The notes under the pieces were generated by a model that worked only from the letters and a program-made list of their open reading frames with translations, made no database searches and was not told the DNA's origin. A stretch of 62,639 nt of DNA, the filler included, from Chiloscyllium plagiosum (lineage: Eukaryota), in the NCBI RefSeq assembly GCF_004010195.1. It is 3 parts of one record of this genome, joined end to end, with 100 filler letters (N's around TTAATTAATTAA, not from the genome) between each part and the next. Parts side by side here need not be neighbours in the genome. Positions count along the whole stretch, not along the records: positions 29,987 to 60,441 come from NC_057712.1; positions 60,542 to 62,639 come from NC_057712.1; 1 more part is not named here. One strand, given 5' to 3'. A program made the translations under genes and the position numbers. How positions within the stretch are numbered: position 1 is the first letter of the stretch; each line of letters begins with the position of its first letter. This document shows, one piece after another, positions 49,450-61,427 of this stretch.

Positions 49450-52190
49450 GACCTTCAGTGGGTCAGACCAGCATATATGGGAAGAAAACAGAATTAACGT
49501 TTTGGGAGTCTTATGAATCTTCATCAGAACTGTTAGCAGCTAGGAAATAGTGATATTTATGGTGAAGATGAATTTGGGAGAGGAGAAGTGGCAATCAAGC
49601 CCAGAAAGAAAGATATGGATTGTTTTGAGGAAACCAGGTCAGGGCAGGAGAAAAATGAATAAGTGGTAGTAAGAGCTAAGGGTAGGAAAAAAATGGGTGA
49701 TCTGTACTGAATGCAAGTGTGAGAACGGTTGTCTGTGCTTAAAGCAGCCAATGTCATAACAGGATCAGGTATGAGGTTGGTAACAAACATGGAAGAACAG
49801 AATCAGGCTGTAAAGTTTTTGAACTCTGTGTTGAATTCTAGAGGGTACGGAGTCCCCAAGCAGAAAATGAGATGCTGTGCTTCGAGCTTGCTCTGAGGCT
49901 TGCTGAAATATTGCAGCAGGCATGAGACAGCAGTGTTGGCAACTGGCAGGCAACTAGAAGCTCTGAGTCATTTTGTGGATAGACGTAGCTGTTCCGCAAA
50001 GTGATTACCTAGTCTGTATTTCGTATCCCCAGTGAAGAGGAGATGACTTTGTGGACAGCAAATATAGTAAAGTCATAGAGATGTACAGCATGGAATCCGA
50101 TCCTTTGGTCCAACCCGTTCAAATCGACCAAATATCCTAAATTAATCTAGTCCCATTTGCCACACTTGACCCTTCCTATTCATATACCCATTCAGATGCC
50201 TTTTAAATGTTGTAATTGTGCAAGCCTTCACAAATTCCACTGGTAGCTCATTCCTTACACTCACTACCTTCTGCGTGAAAAAGTTGCTCCTTAGGTCCCT
50301 TTTAAATCTTTCCCTTCTCACATATACCCTCTTAGTTCTGGACTCCCACACCCCAGGGAAAAGACTTTGTGTATTCTATTCATGCCCCTCATAATTTGTA
50401 AACCTCTGAGGTCACCCTCTGCCTCCGACACTCCAGGGAAAACAGTCCCAGCTGATTCAGCCTCTCCCTGTAGCTTAAATTCTCCAATCCTGGCAACATC
50501 CTTGTAAATCTTTTCTGAACTCTTTCAAGTTTCACAGCATTGTTCCAGTAGGAGGGAGGCCAGAATTGCACACAGTATTCCAAAGGTGGTCTAACCAATG
50601 TCCTGTACAACTGCAACATGACCTCCCAACTCCTATATTCAGTGCTGTAACCAATAAAGGAAAGCACACCAAACACCACCTTCACTATCCTATCTATCTG
50701 CGACTCAACTTTCAAGCAACTATAAACATGCACTCCAAGGTCTCATTCTTCAGTAACACTCCCCTGGACCTTATCATTAAGTGAATAAGTCCTGTCCTGA
50801 TTTGCCTTTCCAAAATGCAGCACCTCGTACTAATCTAACTTCAATGCCATGTGCCTCTCCTTGGCCCATCTTGGATCCCAAGGTAACCTTCACTGTCCAC
50901 TACAACTCCAATTTTGGTGTTATCTCGATTGAAGGAAGTATAGTTAGGTTGCTGCTTCTATTGGTAGGTATGTCTGGACACTTGGGTGGTGAGGAGGGAT
51001 GACAGGCAAGATATTACACCACTTGCAATTGCATGGGAAGGTGCCCTGGGTTGTGAGGAGATGTTGGAAAAAGAGGAAGAGTGGACCAAGCTCCTGGAGG
51101 GATCAGATCTTTTGGACCGCTGGCAATGGAAGGGAACGTGTCTGTGGTTTTGGCATCTCTTTTGGAGGTGGAGGAAATGGCAGCTTACAATCCTGTGGAT
51201 GCAGAGGCTGGTGGTGTGGGCCGTGAGAACCAGGGCCCCTTATCATTGTTCTTGGAGGGAGGGGGAGGGTGAAAACAGAAGTATGGAGATTGGATCAAAC
51301 ATGGCTTAAGAGCCCTGTCGACCTCGGTTGAGAAAAAAGGTGGATGTTTTGGAGGCCCCCCCCGGTGTGAATATGGCATCGTCAGATCAGATGCAATAGA
51401 GATTGAGAAACTGCGAGAATGGGATGGCATCCTTGCAGGAAGCGGGATATAATGGTGTATCATTAAGGAGTCTATGACATAGAAATAGTTGACTAAAGGA
51501 AAGAAAAAGTCTGAGATGGACCAGGTGAAGGTGAGGGCAGGGTGAATATCGGAAGTGAAATTGATAAATTATTCCAGTTCAGTAAGAGAGGGAAGCAGTG
51601 CTGATGATGTCATTGAAGTACCAGAGCGAGAGTTGGGGTGAGGGACCTGAGAAGGATTGGAGCAAGGAATGTTCCATGTATCCCGCAAAGAAGAAGGGGC
51701 TTATGCAGGTACCCATGCCACATCTTTGATTTGAAGAAAGTGAGAGGCGTTAAAGGACAAATTGTTCAAGGTGAAGATGAGCTCGGCAGGTGGATGAAGC
51801 TGATTTTGGATGCAGGTCTTCTCTACAGGAAGAAGCGGAGAGCCCAGAGACCATCTTGATGGGGGAATGGATGCGTCAAATATTTGCACATCCATGCTGA
51901 AGAGGAGGTGGCTGCTGCCCATGAACTGGAAATTTTGAAACTGATGTAAAGCATCAGAAGGATCGGAGCTGTAAGTAGGAAGGGACTGGACAAGGGAAGC
52001 AAAAAGAGTTGAGTTAGGAATAAAGGGAAACTAAATAGTTGAAATAGATCTGAAACCAAAACAGGTTGCTCAATAAACTCAGCAGATCTGGCAGCATCTG
52101 CAGGAAGAAAGCCGAGTTATTGCATAAAGTCCAGTGAGTCTTCATCAGAACTGTTCGCAGCTAGGAAAAAGTGGTACTTATGCTGAACCA
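49450..52190 (-). mobile_element. Old PLE with direct pseudo-LTR-like repeats (~49455-49570 and ~52050-52190), interrupted by a CR1 at 50071-~50925
   Basis: Minus LLFSMDV, ELIFTLNNLSFNASHFLQIKDVA. Both ends share TCTTCATCAGAACTGTT(A/C)GCAGCTAGGAAA. Confidence 0.65.
50071..50925 (-). mobile_element. CR1 LINE 3' end
   Basis: LYRTLVRPPLEYCVQFW, LERVQKRFTRM, NFFTQKVVSVRNELP, CTCTATGAC tail. Confidence 0.88.
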
Positions 52191-52815
52191 CCTCCCTCCC
52201 TGAACATCCAAGGCCTCAGACATAGGCATCATTAGATATGAATCTGTGCTTACATAAAAGCACGTGTCCACCCCCATGGTCTTTTCCTAAAGCTGTGTCA
52301 GCAAACATAAGTAATGAAAACATTGTCTGGGAAAGTGAAGTACTGGAGCAGCGTTGAAGTGCCAAGTGGCTGACGACTCCTGATTCATCCATTGATTTGA
52401 AATTTCATCTGTAATTTTTTTGAGAAAATGAAATTAAGCTGAGTACTTGTTTGAACGTTTCAACCTTGACCAGACGAAATTCACCAATGCATTTGCAATG
52501 GGTTTCCACAGAACCCGAAGGCTATTGCAACATAGAAAGATTATGATTTTAAATTTTTTTTATTGTTCAGAAGATCAGTGGCAGGTGTGTTGCTACACTG
52601 TATTCCTTGTATTTCCCCCAGTGACATACTCCCTGTTTAATTAAGCTCTCATATTCAGGGAGTGCGTAGCATATGTAAACTAAGAATTGTAATAGGAAAC
52701 CTCTGTATCTGAAAGCTGTAAATCATGTTCCATGAAAACTACCACTGTTCATTTGTACAAGTATAATGGGACAGATTTTCTTGGAAAAGAAAATGTTTTT
52801 ATAATATTCTGTAAG

Positions 52816-53619
52816 TAGACTAAGGTGCAGAGCTGGGCAGAAAGGTGGCAAATGGAGTTCAATGTAGGTAAGTGTGAGGTGATTTGGTAAGAGTAACAAA
52901 AAGATGGGGTACTGGGCTAATGGTCAGATACTTGGTAGTGTGGATGAGCAGAGGGATCTTGGTGTCCATGTACACAGATCTCTGAAAGTTGCCACCCAGG
53001 TAAATAGTGCGGTAATGAAAGCATATGGCCTTCATTATTGGTAGAGGAATTGAGTTCCGGAGTCCTGAGGTCATGATGCAGTTGTATAAGACTCTGGTAC
53101 GGCCGCATCTGGAATATTGTGTGCAGTTTTGGTCGCCATACTATAGGAAGGATGTGGAGGCACTGGAACGGGTGCAGAGGAGGTTTACCAGGATGTTGCC
53201 TGGTATGGTAGGAAGATCGTATGAGGAAAGGCTGAGGCACTTGGGGTTGTTTTCATTGTAGAAAAGAAGGTTTAGGGGTGACTTGATAGAGGTGTATAAG
53301 ATGATTAGGGGTTTAGATAGGGTTGACCGTGAGAGCCTTTTTCCACGTATGGAGTCAGCTATTACGAGGGGACATGGCTTTAAATTAAGGGGTGGTAGGT
53401 ATAGGACAGATGTTAGGGGTAGATTCTTTACTCAGCGAGTAAAGTTCATGGAATGCCTTGCCAGTAGCAGTGGTGGACTCTCCCTCTTTATGGGCATTTA
53501 AGCGGGCATTGGATAGGCATATGGAGGATAGTGGGCTAGTGTAGGTTAGGTGGGCTTGGATCGGCGCAACATCGAGAGCCAAAGAGCCTGTACTGCGCTG
53601 TATTTTTCTATGTTCTATG
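52816..53619 (+). mobile_element. CR1 LINE 3' end
   Basis: LYKTLVRPHLEYCVQFWSP, LERVQRRFTRM, (TTCTATG)n tail. Confidence 0.9.
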
Positions 53620-54539
53620 AGGTCTACTTTGGATTCAAAGCTAATTTGCAGGCAAAAAATTAGATTGTTTCAGTCAAGGCATAATAGTGAAAGACAACAT
53701 GAAGGTTAAGTAGAAGAGGAAGTAAATGAAGAAGTGGTGGAGTGATCTCACTTGGTTTTCAACGCTTGAGGCTTGATGGAAGTACAATACTGAGGGGCGT
53801 GCATTTCAAAATTTTGAGGTAGCCAAAAACAAAATTGTAATAAATTAAATTTTTAACACAGCAAGCAAGAAGGGACTGAAAATGCAAGTAAGGTTTGAAA
53901 AACAATATCAAAGTCGTAGTGATAAAATAGATAATGGGAGAACTTGAAGGCAAGAGATGGAAAATTATTGAATGCTGATACTTTCTTGAAGGTATGCCCT
54001 CCAAGATAGTTGGACATTGAGGAAGTCATTTCCAGGTGGGATGTGAAGAACAGATGTTAGTGTTCTAAACATGCTTCAATTTTGTGGTTTTTAAAATTTA
54101 CAATTTTATTATTTATTTGATACGAGTTTTACTTGGAATCAAAATTTTTAAAATGTTAACATATGCTACCTGATCAGTTTTCCAAACCTAATAGCCTCAA
54201 AGATTACAAATAAACTACAACAAATAATATTGTTACTATCCTGAAATCTGATCTCTTTCATGTGGCAAAGCACAATTGATGGAATTAGGCAAGAAGCTGG
54301 GGCTTTTGGGACCTTGAGGGAGACAAGTTACACCCTAGCAGGACTGGAGCTAATATCTTCATTGAGGAGATTTGCTCGTGCTGTTTAGTGTGGTGATGGT
54401 GTTTAAATCATCTTGGTTATATAGTCTGGAATCTTGAGATGGAATTCAGAATAGAAACAAAGCTGGTTGTATGACGTAGAGAAGTTGTGCATGAAAGTAG
54501 AAAGCAGCAGAAACAGATCCTAGAAGCAATCAGTTCTCT

Positions 54540-57500
54540 TGCCGAATAGTTTTAAAGGTAGAAATAAAAGCATTCTATCAGTGTACAGCATTTGCAACAA
54601 GATAGCTAAATTGGTGGCACTAGTAGAAGTAAAAACATATCATCTATTAGATTACTTTCAGTGTGGAAACAGGCCCTTCGGCCCAACAAGTCCACACCGA
54701 CCCGCCGAAGCGCAACCCACCCAGACCCATTCCCCTACATTGACCCCTGTCCCTAACACTGCAGGCAATTTAGCATGGCCAATTCACCTGACCTGCACAC
54801 TCTTGGACTGTGGGAGGAAATCGGAGGAAACCCATGCAGACATGGGGAGAATATGCAAACTCCATACAGTCAGCCGCCTGAGGCAGGAATTGAACCCGGG
54901 TCTCTGGCGCTGTGAGGCAGCAGTGCTAACTGCTGTGCCACCATTCCGCCCATTATTTTCCATTATGGCTACAAGGTGACCAAGATTGGGAGCTGATTGG
55001 ATCGGTCCAAAGGAACAGGAAGTCATGTAATGCTAATAATAAGGAATGGATCCATGTGTTAGTGAGAGCATGTTCGATCCGAAGAATAGGAGGTAAATTG
55101 AATTTGGGTGGAGCTTAAAAACACAAGTGGCAGGAAGCATTTTATAGGAATAGTTTATTGTCTTCTAAGCAGTCATGGTAATTAGAGGGACATATAGGAG
55201 GGTTCATGGATGAGTTCAATCTTCATGTAAACCTGAGAAAATCTATTGAGCACCAATACTGTGGAGGAAGAAATCCTGAAATGTCATAAGAGTCCTAGAA
55301 ATATATAGCATGGAAATGAATATGGTCCACTTGTCCATGCTGACCAGATAACCAAAATTAATGTAGTCCCGTTTGCCAGCACATATCCCTCTAAACCCCT
55401 GCTATTCGTATACCCGTCCAGATGCCTTTTAAGTGTCGTATTTGTACCAGCCTCCACTCCTACCTCTGGCAGCTCATTCCGTACACGCACTACTCTTTGC
55501 ATGAAAATGTTGCCCTTTAGGTCCCTAATTAAATTTTGTCCCCTCACCTTAAACCAATGCCTTTTAGTTCTGGACTCCTGTCAGTGTGTTCAAGATCATT
55601 TTCTGGAGCAGTACGTTGAGCAAAAGAGGGAACAGGCTATTTCAGGCCTAATATCATGCAATAAATATGTACTACTGATAATGTCGCAAAAGAACTTGAA
55701 TTGAATGACAATAATATGACATATTTTTTCATTTAGTTTGAAAATAATGGCATTTAATCAATTTAGCATCCTAAATATATATTGGGGCAATTACTGTCTA
55801 AGGGTATGAGAATGTTGACTGGATCAGAAAAATGGATCCGAAACCTTGACAATAGGCAATGGTTAACATTTAAATAATGCTTGGTTTTATGTTAAAAATT
55901 AAACATGCCTTTTAAAGGCAAAAGGTCTCAACAGGAAAACTGTGCACACCTTGGCTTTACAAGGAATTTAAAGGCTATTAGATCTAATTTCAAGATGACA
56001 CTCAAAGTTGCCTGCAAAAAAAAAGTTGTTAGTCTAAGGATTGAGAGAAGTTTTGTATTCAACAAAGAAAGACCAAGAAATTGAGAAAACAGAATATGAA
56101 TGTAAAATAACCAGAAGTGTAAAAATAGATTCCAAATGTTTCTATAGGTTTGTGAAAAGGAAAAGAGTAACAAAACCAAATATTGTTTCATTCTGGCAGA
56201 GATAGGAGAATTTATAACAGGAAACAGAACTGGCAGATGAGCTAATAAATGCTATATTTGTCCTCTCAAAAGAAAACAAGTTTTCCTGACATAATTAAGA
56301 TCCAGGTTCCAGTGAAAGTGTATAATTGAAAGAAAACACTTAAAAGTAGTAGTTTCGGAAAAATTAATGGGACTGAAAGTTGACTTTCAGTCAACTGGGA
56401 CCTGACTTTGGAGTGTTGATAGTTGACTACAGAGGTTGTGAGTGCATTGGTGATCATCTTTCAAATTCTGTTCATTTTGCAGTGGTGCCTGCAGATTAGA
56501 AGGTTGTAGGTTTAAACTGTTTAAGAAAGGAGGGAGACAAAGGGGGATCTTGCAGCTCTGTTACCTAATACGTTCATAAGATATAGCAACAGAATTCAGC
56601 CATTCAGCCTATTGAATCTGCTGATCATGGCTGATATGCTCCTCATCCCCATTTTCTTGCCTTCTCCCCATATCCCTTCAACCCATTACCAATTAAAAAT
56701 CTGTTTAACTCCTCCTTAAATTTACTCACTGTCGCAGCATCCACTGCACTTTGGGAAGCAAATTTCACAGATTCACAACCCTTTTGGGAGAAGCAGTTTC
56801 TCCTCAACGCTTTAAAATTTGCTACCCCTTATCCTAAGACTATGATGTCTCGTTCTAGAATGCCCCACAAGAGAAAGCATCTGCTCCACATCCATCTTAA
56901 CCATAACTTTTATCATCTTGAACACCTCAATTTGATCTCCGCTCATTCTTTTAAAATGTACGAGGGAAAGTGTTAGTGACTGTTATGGTAATAATAGATT
57001 ACTGGATATTGAGAAGATAGTTTTCTGATTAGATAGATTCAACACAGATTTATGAAGAGGTAACCCTGTTTGACAAGTCTGAATTTTTGAGGATGTTACT
57101 GGTGGAGTCAATTAGGGGGAACCAATGAAGTGGTGATTTTGGATTTTCAGAAGGCTTTGGATAAAGTCTCCCACAAGAGATTCAGAAACAGGATTAAAAC
57201 ACACCCAACAGGGTTCATGGGAATAAGATAGCATGGGTTAAAGATTGGTTTTTGAAAAAGCAGCATCAGAATAAATGGATAATTCTCAAATTAGCAGGCT
57301 GTGACCAGTGTAGTTACTGCAGGAATTAGTACGCGGGACCCACTGTTCACCATTAATATTAATGATTTGAACGTGGGAACCAATTGTAATATTCCCTAGT
57401 CTGCAGATACAAAACTTGGTGGGAATATGTACTGAGAAGGATGCAGCAGTTTCAAGTGACTTAGGCAGACTTAGTGAGTGAGCAAAAGCAATGCAGATGG

Positions 57501-57830
57501 AATATAATGTAGATAAGTGTGAGATTATCCAGTTTGTTTGGAGGCATGCAGGTACAGAATATTTCTAAAATGGGGTTGATATCCAAGGGAACTTGGGAAC
57601 TCTTGTTCATAAGTCACTGAAAGCTAACATGCAGTTGCAGCATGCACTTCTGAAGGTATGCAGTATGTTAGCCTGTATCATGGAATAGTTTGAATTCAGG
57701 AAAAGGAAGCCCTGCTTAAATTATACAGTACATTGGTGAGCACCTGGAGAATTATATGCAGCCTGGTGTCCATCCCTGAGGTAATACAGGTATACACTTG
57801 TAGAGAGAATACAAGTGAGGTTCACCATCT
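54540..57830 (+). mobile_element. Highly decayed CR1 ORF2 with nested HE1 SINE and two minus-strand CR1 3' ends (~55285-55580, ~56575-56955)
   Basis: Degenerate APE and RT motifs, e.g. GATTTTCAGAAGGCTTTGGATAAAGT at ~57142. Confidence 0.55.
54646..54951 (-). mobile_element. HE1-type V-SINE
   Basis: Close homologue of 30438-30754. Confidence 0.9.
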
Positions 57831-57984
57831 GAGGTGAACAGGATGTAAACACAAACACAAAACAATCTCTTCCTTTTTTAAAAAGTTCAGTTGCAGCTGT
57901 TCTTTTGTACAGCATCCCCTCCCCCACCCCACCCTCCCCCCAACCCCACCAATTTGTTTGAACTTGTCTTTTTTTTTAACTTCA

Positions 57985-58264
57985 TTTATGGGATGAGGGT
58001 GTTGCTGGCTAGCAATTATTGCCCATCCCTGATTGTCTAGAGGGCAGTTAAGAGTCACCCACATTGCTGTGGGTCTGGAATGACATTCAGACGAGAGCAG
58101 GTAAGGCTGGCAATTTTCTTCCCTAGACGACATTAGTTAATCAGAAGGGTTTTCCCAACAATCGACAATGGATTCATAGTTATCATTAGACTCTGAATTC
58201 CAGGTTTTTTAAATTGAAAAATTTCCAATTTCAAAAATTCGAACCTGGCTCCCCAGAACATTAT
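57985..58264 (-). mobile_element. tRNA-derived SINE (same family as 1740-2147), continuing at 59447-59480
   Basis: Shared tail and head sequence, split by a PLE insertion. Confidence 0.65.
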
Positions 58265-59446
58265 GTAAAAGCAATGACTGCAGATGCTGGAAACCAGATT
58301 TTGGATTAGTGGTGCTGGAAGAGCACAGCTGTTCAGGCAGCATCCGAGGAGCAATAAAATCAACGTTTTGGGCAAAAGCATTAATACAGGCAGAGAGCCT
58401 GAAGGGTGGAGAGATAAATGAGAGGAGGGTGGGGGTGGAGAGAAAGCATAGAGTACAATAGGTAAGTGGGGGAGGGGATGAAGGTGATAGGTCAGGGAGG
58501 AGGGTGGAGTGGATAGGTGGAGAAGAAGATAGGCAGGTAGAACAAGTCATGGGGATAGTGCTGAGCTGGAAGTTTGGAACTGGGGTGAGGTGGGGGAAGG
58601 GGAAATGAGGAAACTGTTGAAGTCCACATTGATGCCCTGGGGTTGAAGTGTTCCAAGGCGGAAGATGAGGCGTTCTTCCTGGTGGTGGGGTCTGTTTGGA
58701 GGCGGAGAGGGGTGGGGAGGGAAATATATCCCTGGTGGTGGGGTCTGTTTGGAGGCGGAGAGGGGTGGGGAGGGAAATATATCCCTGGTGGTGGGGTCTG
58801 TTTGGAGGCGGAGAGGGGTGGGGAGGGAAATATATCCCTGGTGGTGGGGTCTGTTTGGAGGCGGAGAGGGGTGGGGAGGGAAATATATCCCTGGTGGTGG
58901 GGTCTGTTTGGAGGCGGAGAGGGGTGGGGAGGGAAATATATCCCTGGTGGTGGGGTCTGTTTGGGGGTGGGGGGAATGTCGGCGGATGATTTGGTTTATG
59001 CGGAGGTTGGTAGGGTGGAAGGTGGGCACCAGGGGCGTTCTGTCCTTGTTGCGGTTGGTGGGGTTGGGTCTGAGGGCGGAGGTGCGGGATGTGGATGAGA
59101 TGCGTTGGAGGGCATCTTTAACCACGTGGGAAGGGAAATTGCGGTCTCTAAAGAAGGACGCCATCTGGTGTGTTCTGTGGTGGAACTGGTCCTCCTGGGA
59201 GCAGATACGGCAAAGGCGGAGGAATTGGGAATACGGGATGGCATTTTTGCAGGAGGTAGAGTGGGAAGAGGTATAATCCAGGCAGCTGTCGGAGTAGGTG
59301 GGTTTGTAAAAAAAAAAAGTCAGTGTTATCTCTCCACCCTTCAGGCACTCTGCTTGTATTCCTGATGAAGGGCTTTTGCCCGAAACATCAATTTTACTGC
59401 TCCTCGGATGCTGCCTGAACTGCTGTGCTCTTCCAGCACCACTAAT
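58265..59446 (-). mobile_element. PLE insertion with long minus-strand coding arm and short inverted pLTR arm (hammerhead core at ~59362-59386)
   Basis: TSD CCCCAGAACATTAT at 58251-58264 and 59447-59460. NAIPYSQFLRL, FFRDRNFP, TFHP, LIFRLGTLQPQGIN. Confidence 0.9.
58681..58965. repeat. 53-bp G-rich tandem repeat, 5 full copies plus a partial
   Basis: Unit GGTGGTGGGGTCTGTTTGGAGGCGGAGAGGGGTGGGGAGGGAAATATATCCCT starts at 58681, 58734, 58787, 58840, 58893 and 58946. Confidence 0.95.
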
Positions 59447-60077
59447 CCCCAGAACATTATTCAGGTCTCTGGACTAATTGTAGAGGTGTGAAAGCTAGAT
59501 TTTCTATAGGTTTTGATGTGTGCCTTTTCCCTCACAATAACAAAACTTCAGATGGCCTGACTCCACTCAGAAGATAATATGATTTCACCATCCCTCATTC
59601 CAGGACATTCAGAATCTTAATTTTTGAATAGTATTGATGTTTCCCTTCCAGACATCCACTTGCCTGATTCAATTCACTATATAAGCATAATCCTTTCCAG
59701 TAATTTGTCTTCTCCTTCTATTTTAATCCTGGACATGAGACAGCAAAGTACTTATTGCATTTCTGATAACAAGTATCTACTCTGCTACCTCTACCACCTC
59801 CAAATACTCATGCTTTTGTTTGCCTGAACCTTTGAGGTATCCATCTTTCAGTTTTCCATAGACTTGTGCTGTTTTAATTCCTTCTTTTTCACTCAATCAT
59901 GCAGCTTTCAATTTGCTTCCTTTCCACGTCTGCATTCCAGCTTCTAGCCATGCAATCTCCCATCAATCTCGTTACAACTTGTTTTGTGGTACTGTTTGCT
60001 CTTTCTTCCACTTCAGTGATGCCATAAATAATGTTTTCTTGTACACATGCATGGTCAAAAGGTGCATCAGAGATACA

Positions 60078-60441
60078 GTCATAGAGTCATTGAGATGTAC
60101 AGCATGGAAACAGACCCTTCAGATCAACCCGTCTATGCCGACCAGATATCCCAACCCAATCTAGTCCCACCTGCCAGCACCTGGCCCATATCCCTCCAAA
60201 CCCTTCCTATTCATGTACCCATCCAAATGCCTCTTAAATGTTGCAATTGTACCAGCCTCCACCAATTCCTCTGGCAGCTCATTCCATACACATACCGTGA
60301 AAAAGTTGCCCCTTAGGTCTCTTTTATATCTTTCCCCTCTCACCCTAAACCTATGCCCTCTAGTTCTGGACTCCCCGACCCCAGAGAAAAGACTTTGTCT
60401 ATTTATCCTATCCATGGCTCTCATAATTTTGTAAACCTATA
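60078..60441 (-). mobile_element. CR1 LINE 3' end, running into the spacer
   Basis: GESRTRGHRFRVRGERYKRDLRGNFF, WNELP, CTCTATGAC tail. Confidence 0.9.
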
Positions 60442-60541
60442 NNNNNNNNNNNNNNNNNNNNNNNNNNNNNNNNNNNNNNNNNNNNTTAATTAATTAANNN
60501 NNNNNNNNNNNNNNNNNNNNNNNNNNNNNNNNNNNNNNNNN
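60442..60541. other. Artificial assembly spacer (N44-TTAATTAATTAA-N44)
   Basis: Same construct as 29887-29986. Confidence 0.95.
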
Positions 60542-61427
60542 CTGCTGCTCCCGCTCTTTCTTAGCTGCTGCTCGCACTCAAAGTGACCGTTGGCGTCGAA
60601 GGGTGAGTATTTATACTCACTGCTTTCCTTCCCGGCTGCCCCTCCGGTCTTCGTCACTTCCCCCTGCTGCTCCCGCTCTTTCTGTAAAGAGAGAAAAAAA
60701 CACCGCTGCCCGTTACCGGTAAGTAATTTTAAAACAAACTGTCTTACCTGAGCTGCTGCTCGCACTCAAAGTGACCGTTGGCGTCGAAGGGTGAGTATTT
60801 ATACTCACTGCTTTCCTTCCCGGCTGCCCCTCTGGTCTTCGTCACTTCCCCCTGCTGCTCCCGCTTTTTCTGTGAAAAGAAAAAAAAAACACCGCTGCCC
60901 ACTGCCGGTAAGTAATTTTAAAACAAACTGTCTCACCTTAGCTGTAGCCTTCCCGCTTCGTTTAAAATCAGCTGCTGCTCGCACTCAAAGTGACCGTTGG
61001 CGTCGAAGGGTGAGTATTTATACTCACTGCTTTCCTTCCCGGCTGCCCCTCTGGTCTTCGTCACTTCCCCCTGCTGCTCCCGCTCTTTCTTTCTGTAAAG
61101 AGAGAAAAAAACACCGCTGCCCACTGCCGGTAAGTAATTTTAAAACAAACTGTCTCACCTTAGCTGTAGCCTTCCCGCTTCGTTTAAAATCAGCTGCTGC
61201 TCGCACTCAAAGTGACCGTTGGCGTCGAAGGGTGAGTATTTATACTCACTGCTTTCCTTCCCGGCTGCCCCTCTGGTCGTCGTCACTTCCCCCTGCTGCT
61301 CCCGCTGTTTCTGTGAAGAGAAAAAAAACACCGCTGCCAATACCAGTAAGTAATTTTAAAACAAACTGTCTCACCTTAGCTGTAGCCTTCCGGGTTGGTT
61401 TAAACTCAGCTGCTGCTCGCACTCAAA
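60542..61427. repeat. Tandem array of ~220-bp CpG-containing monomers (possibly a retroelement 5' UTR/promoter array)
   Basis: GCTGCTGCTCGCACTCAAA starts at 60564, 60752, 60971, 61193 and 61409 (periods 188, 219, 222, 216). Confidence 0.9.

Noticed and set aside
60542..61427. Tandem monomers as a retrozyme array or CRISPR-like array
   Set aside because: No CTGANGA..GAAA hammerhead core was found in the monomer on either strand, and there are no unique spacers.
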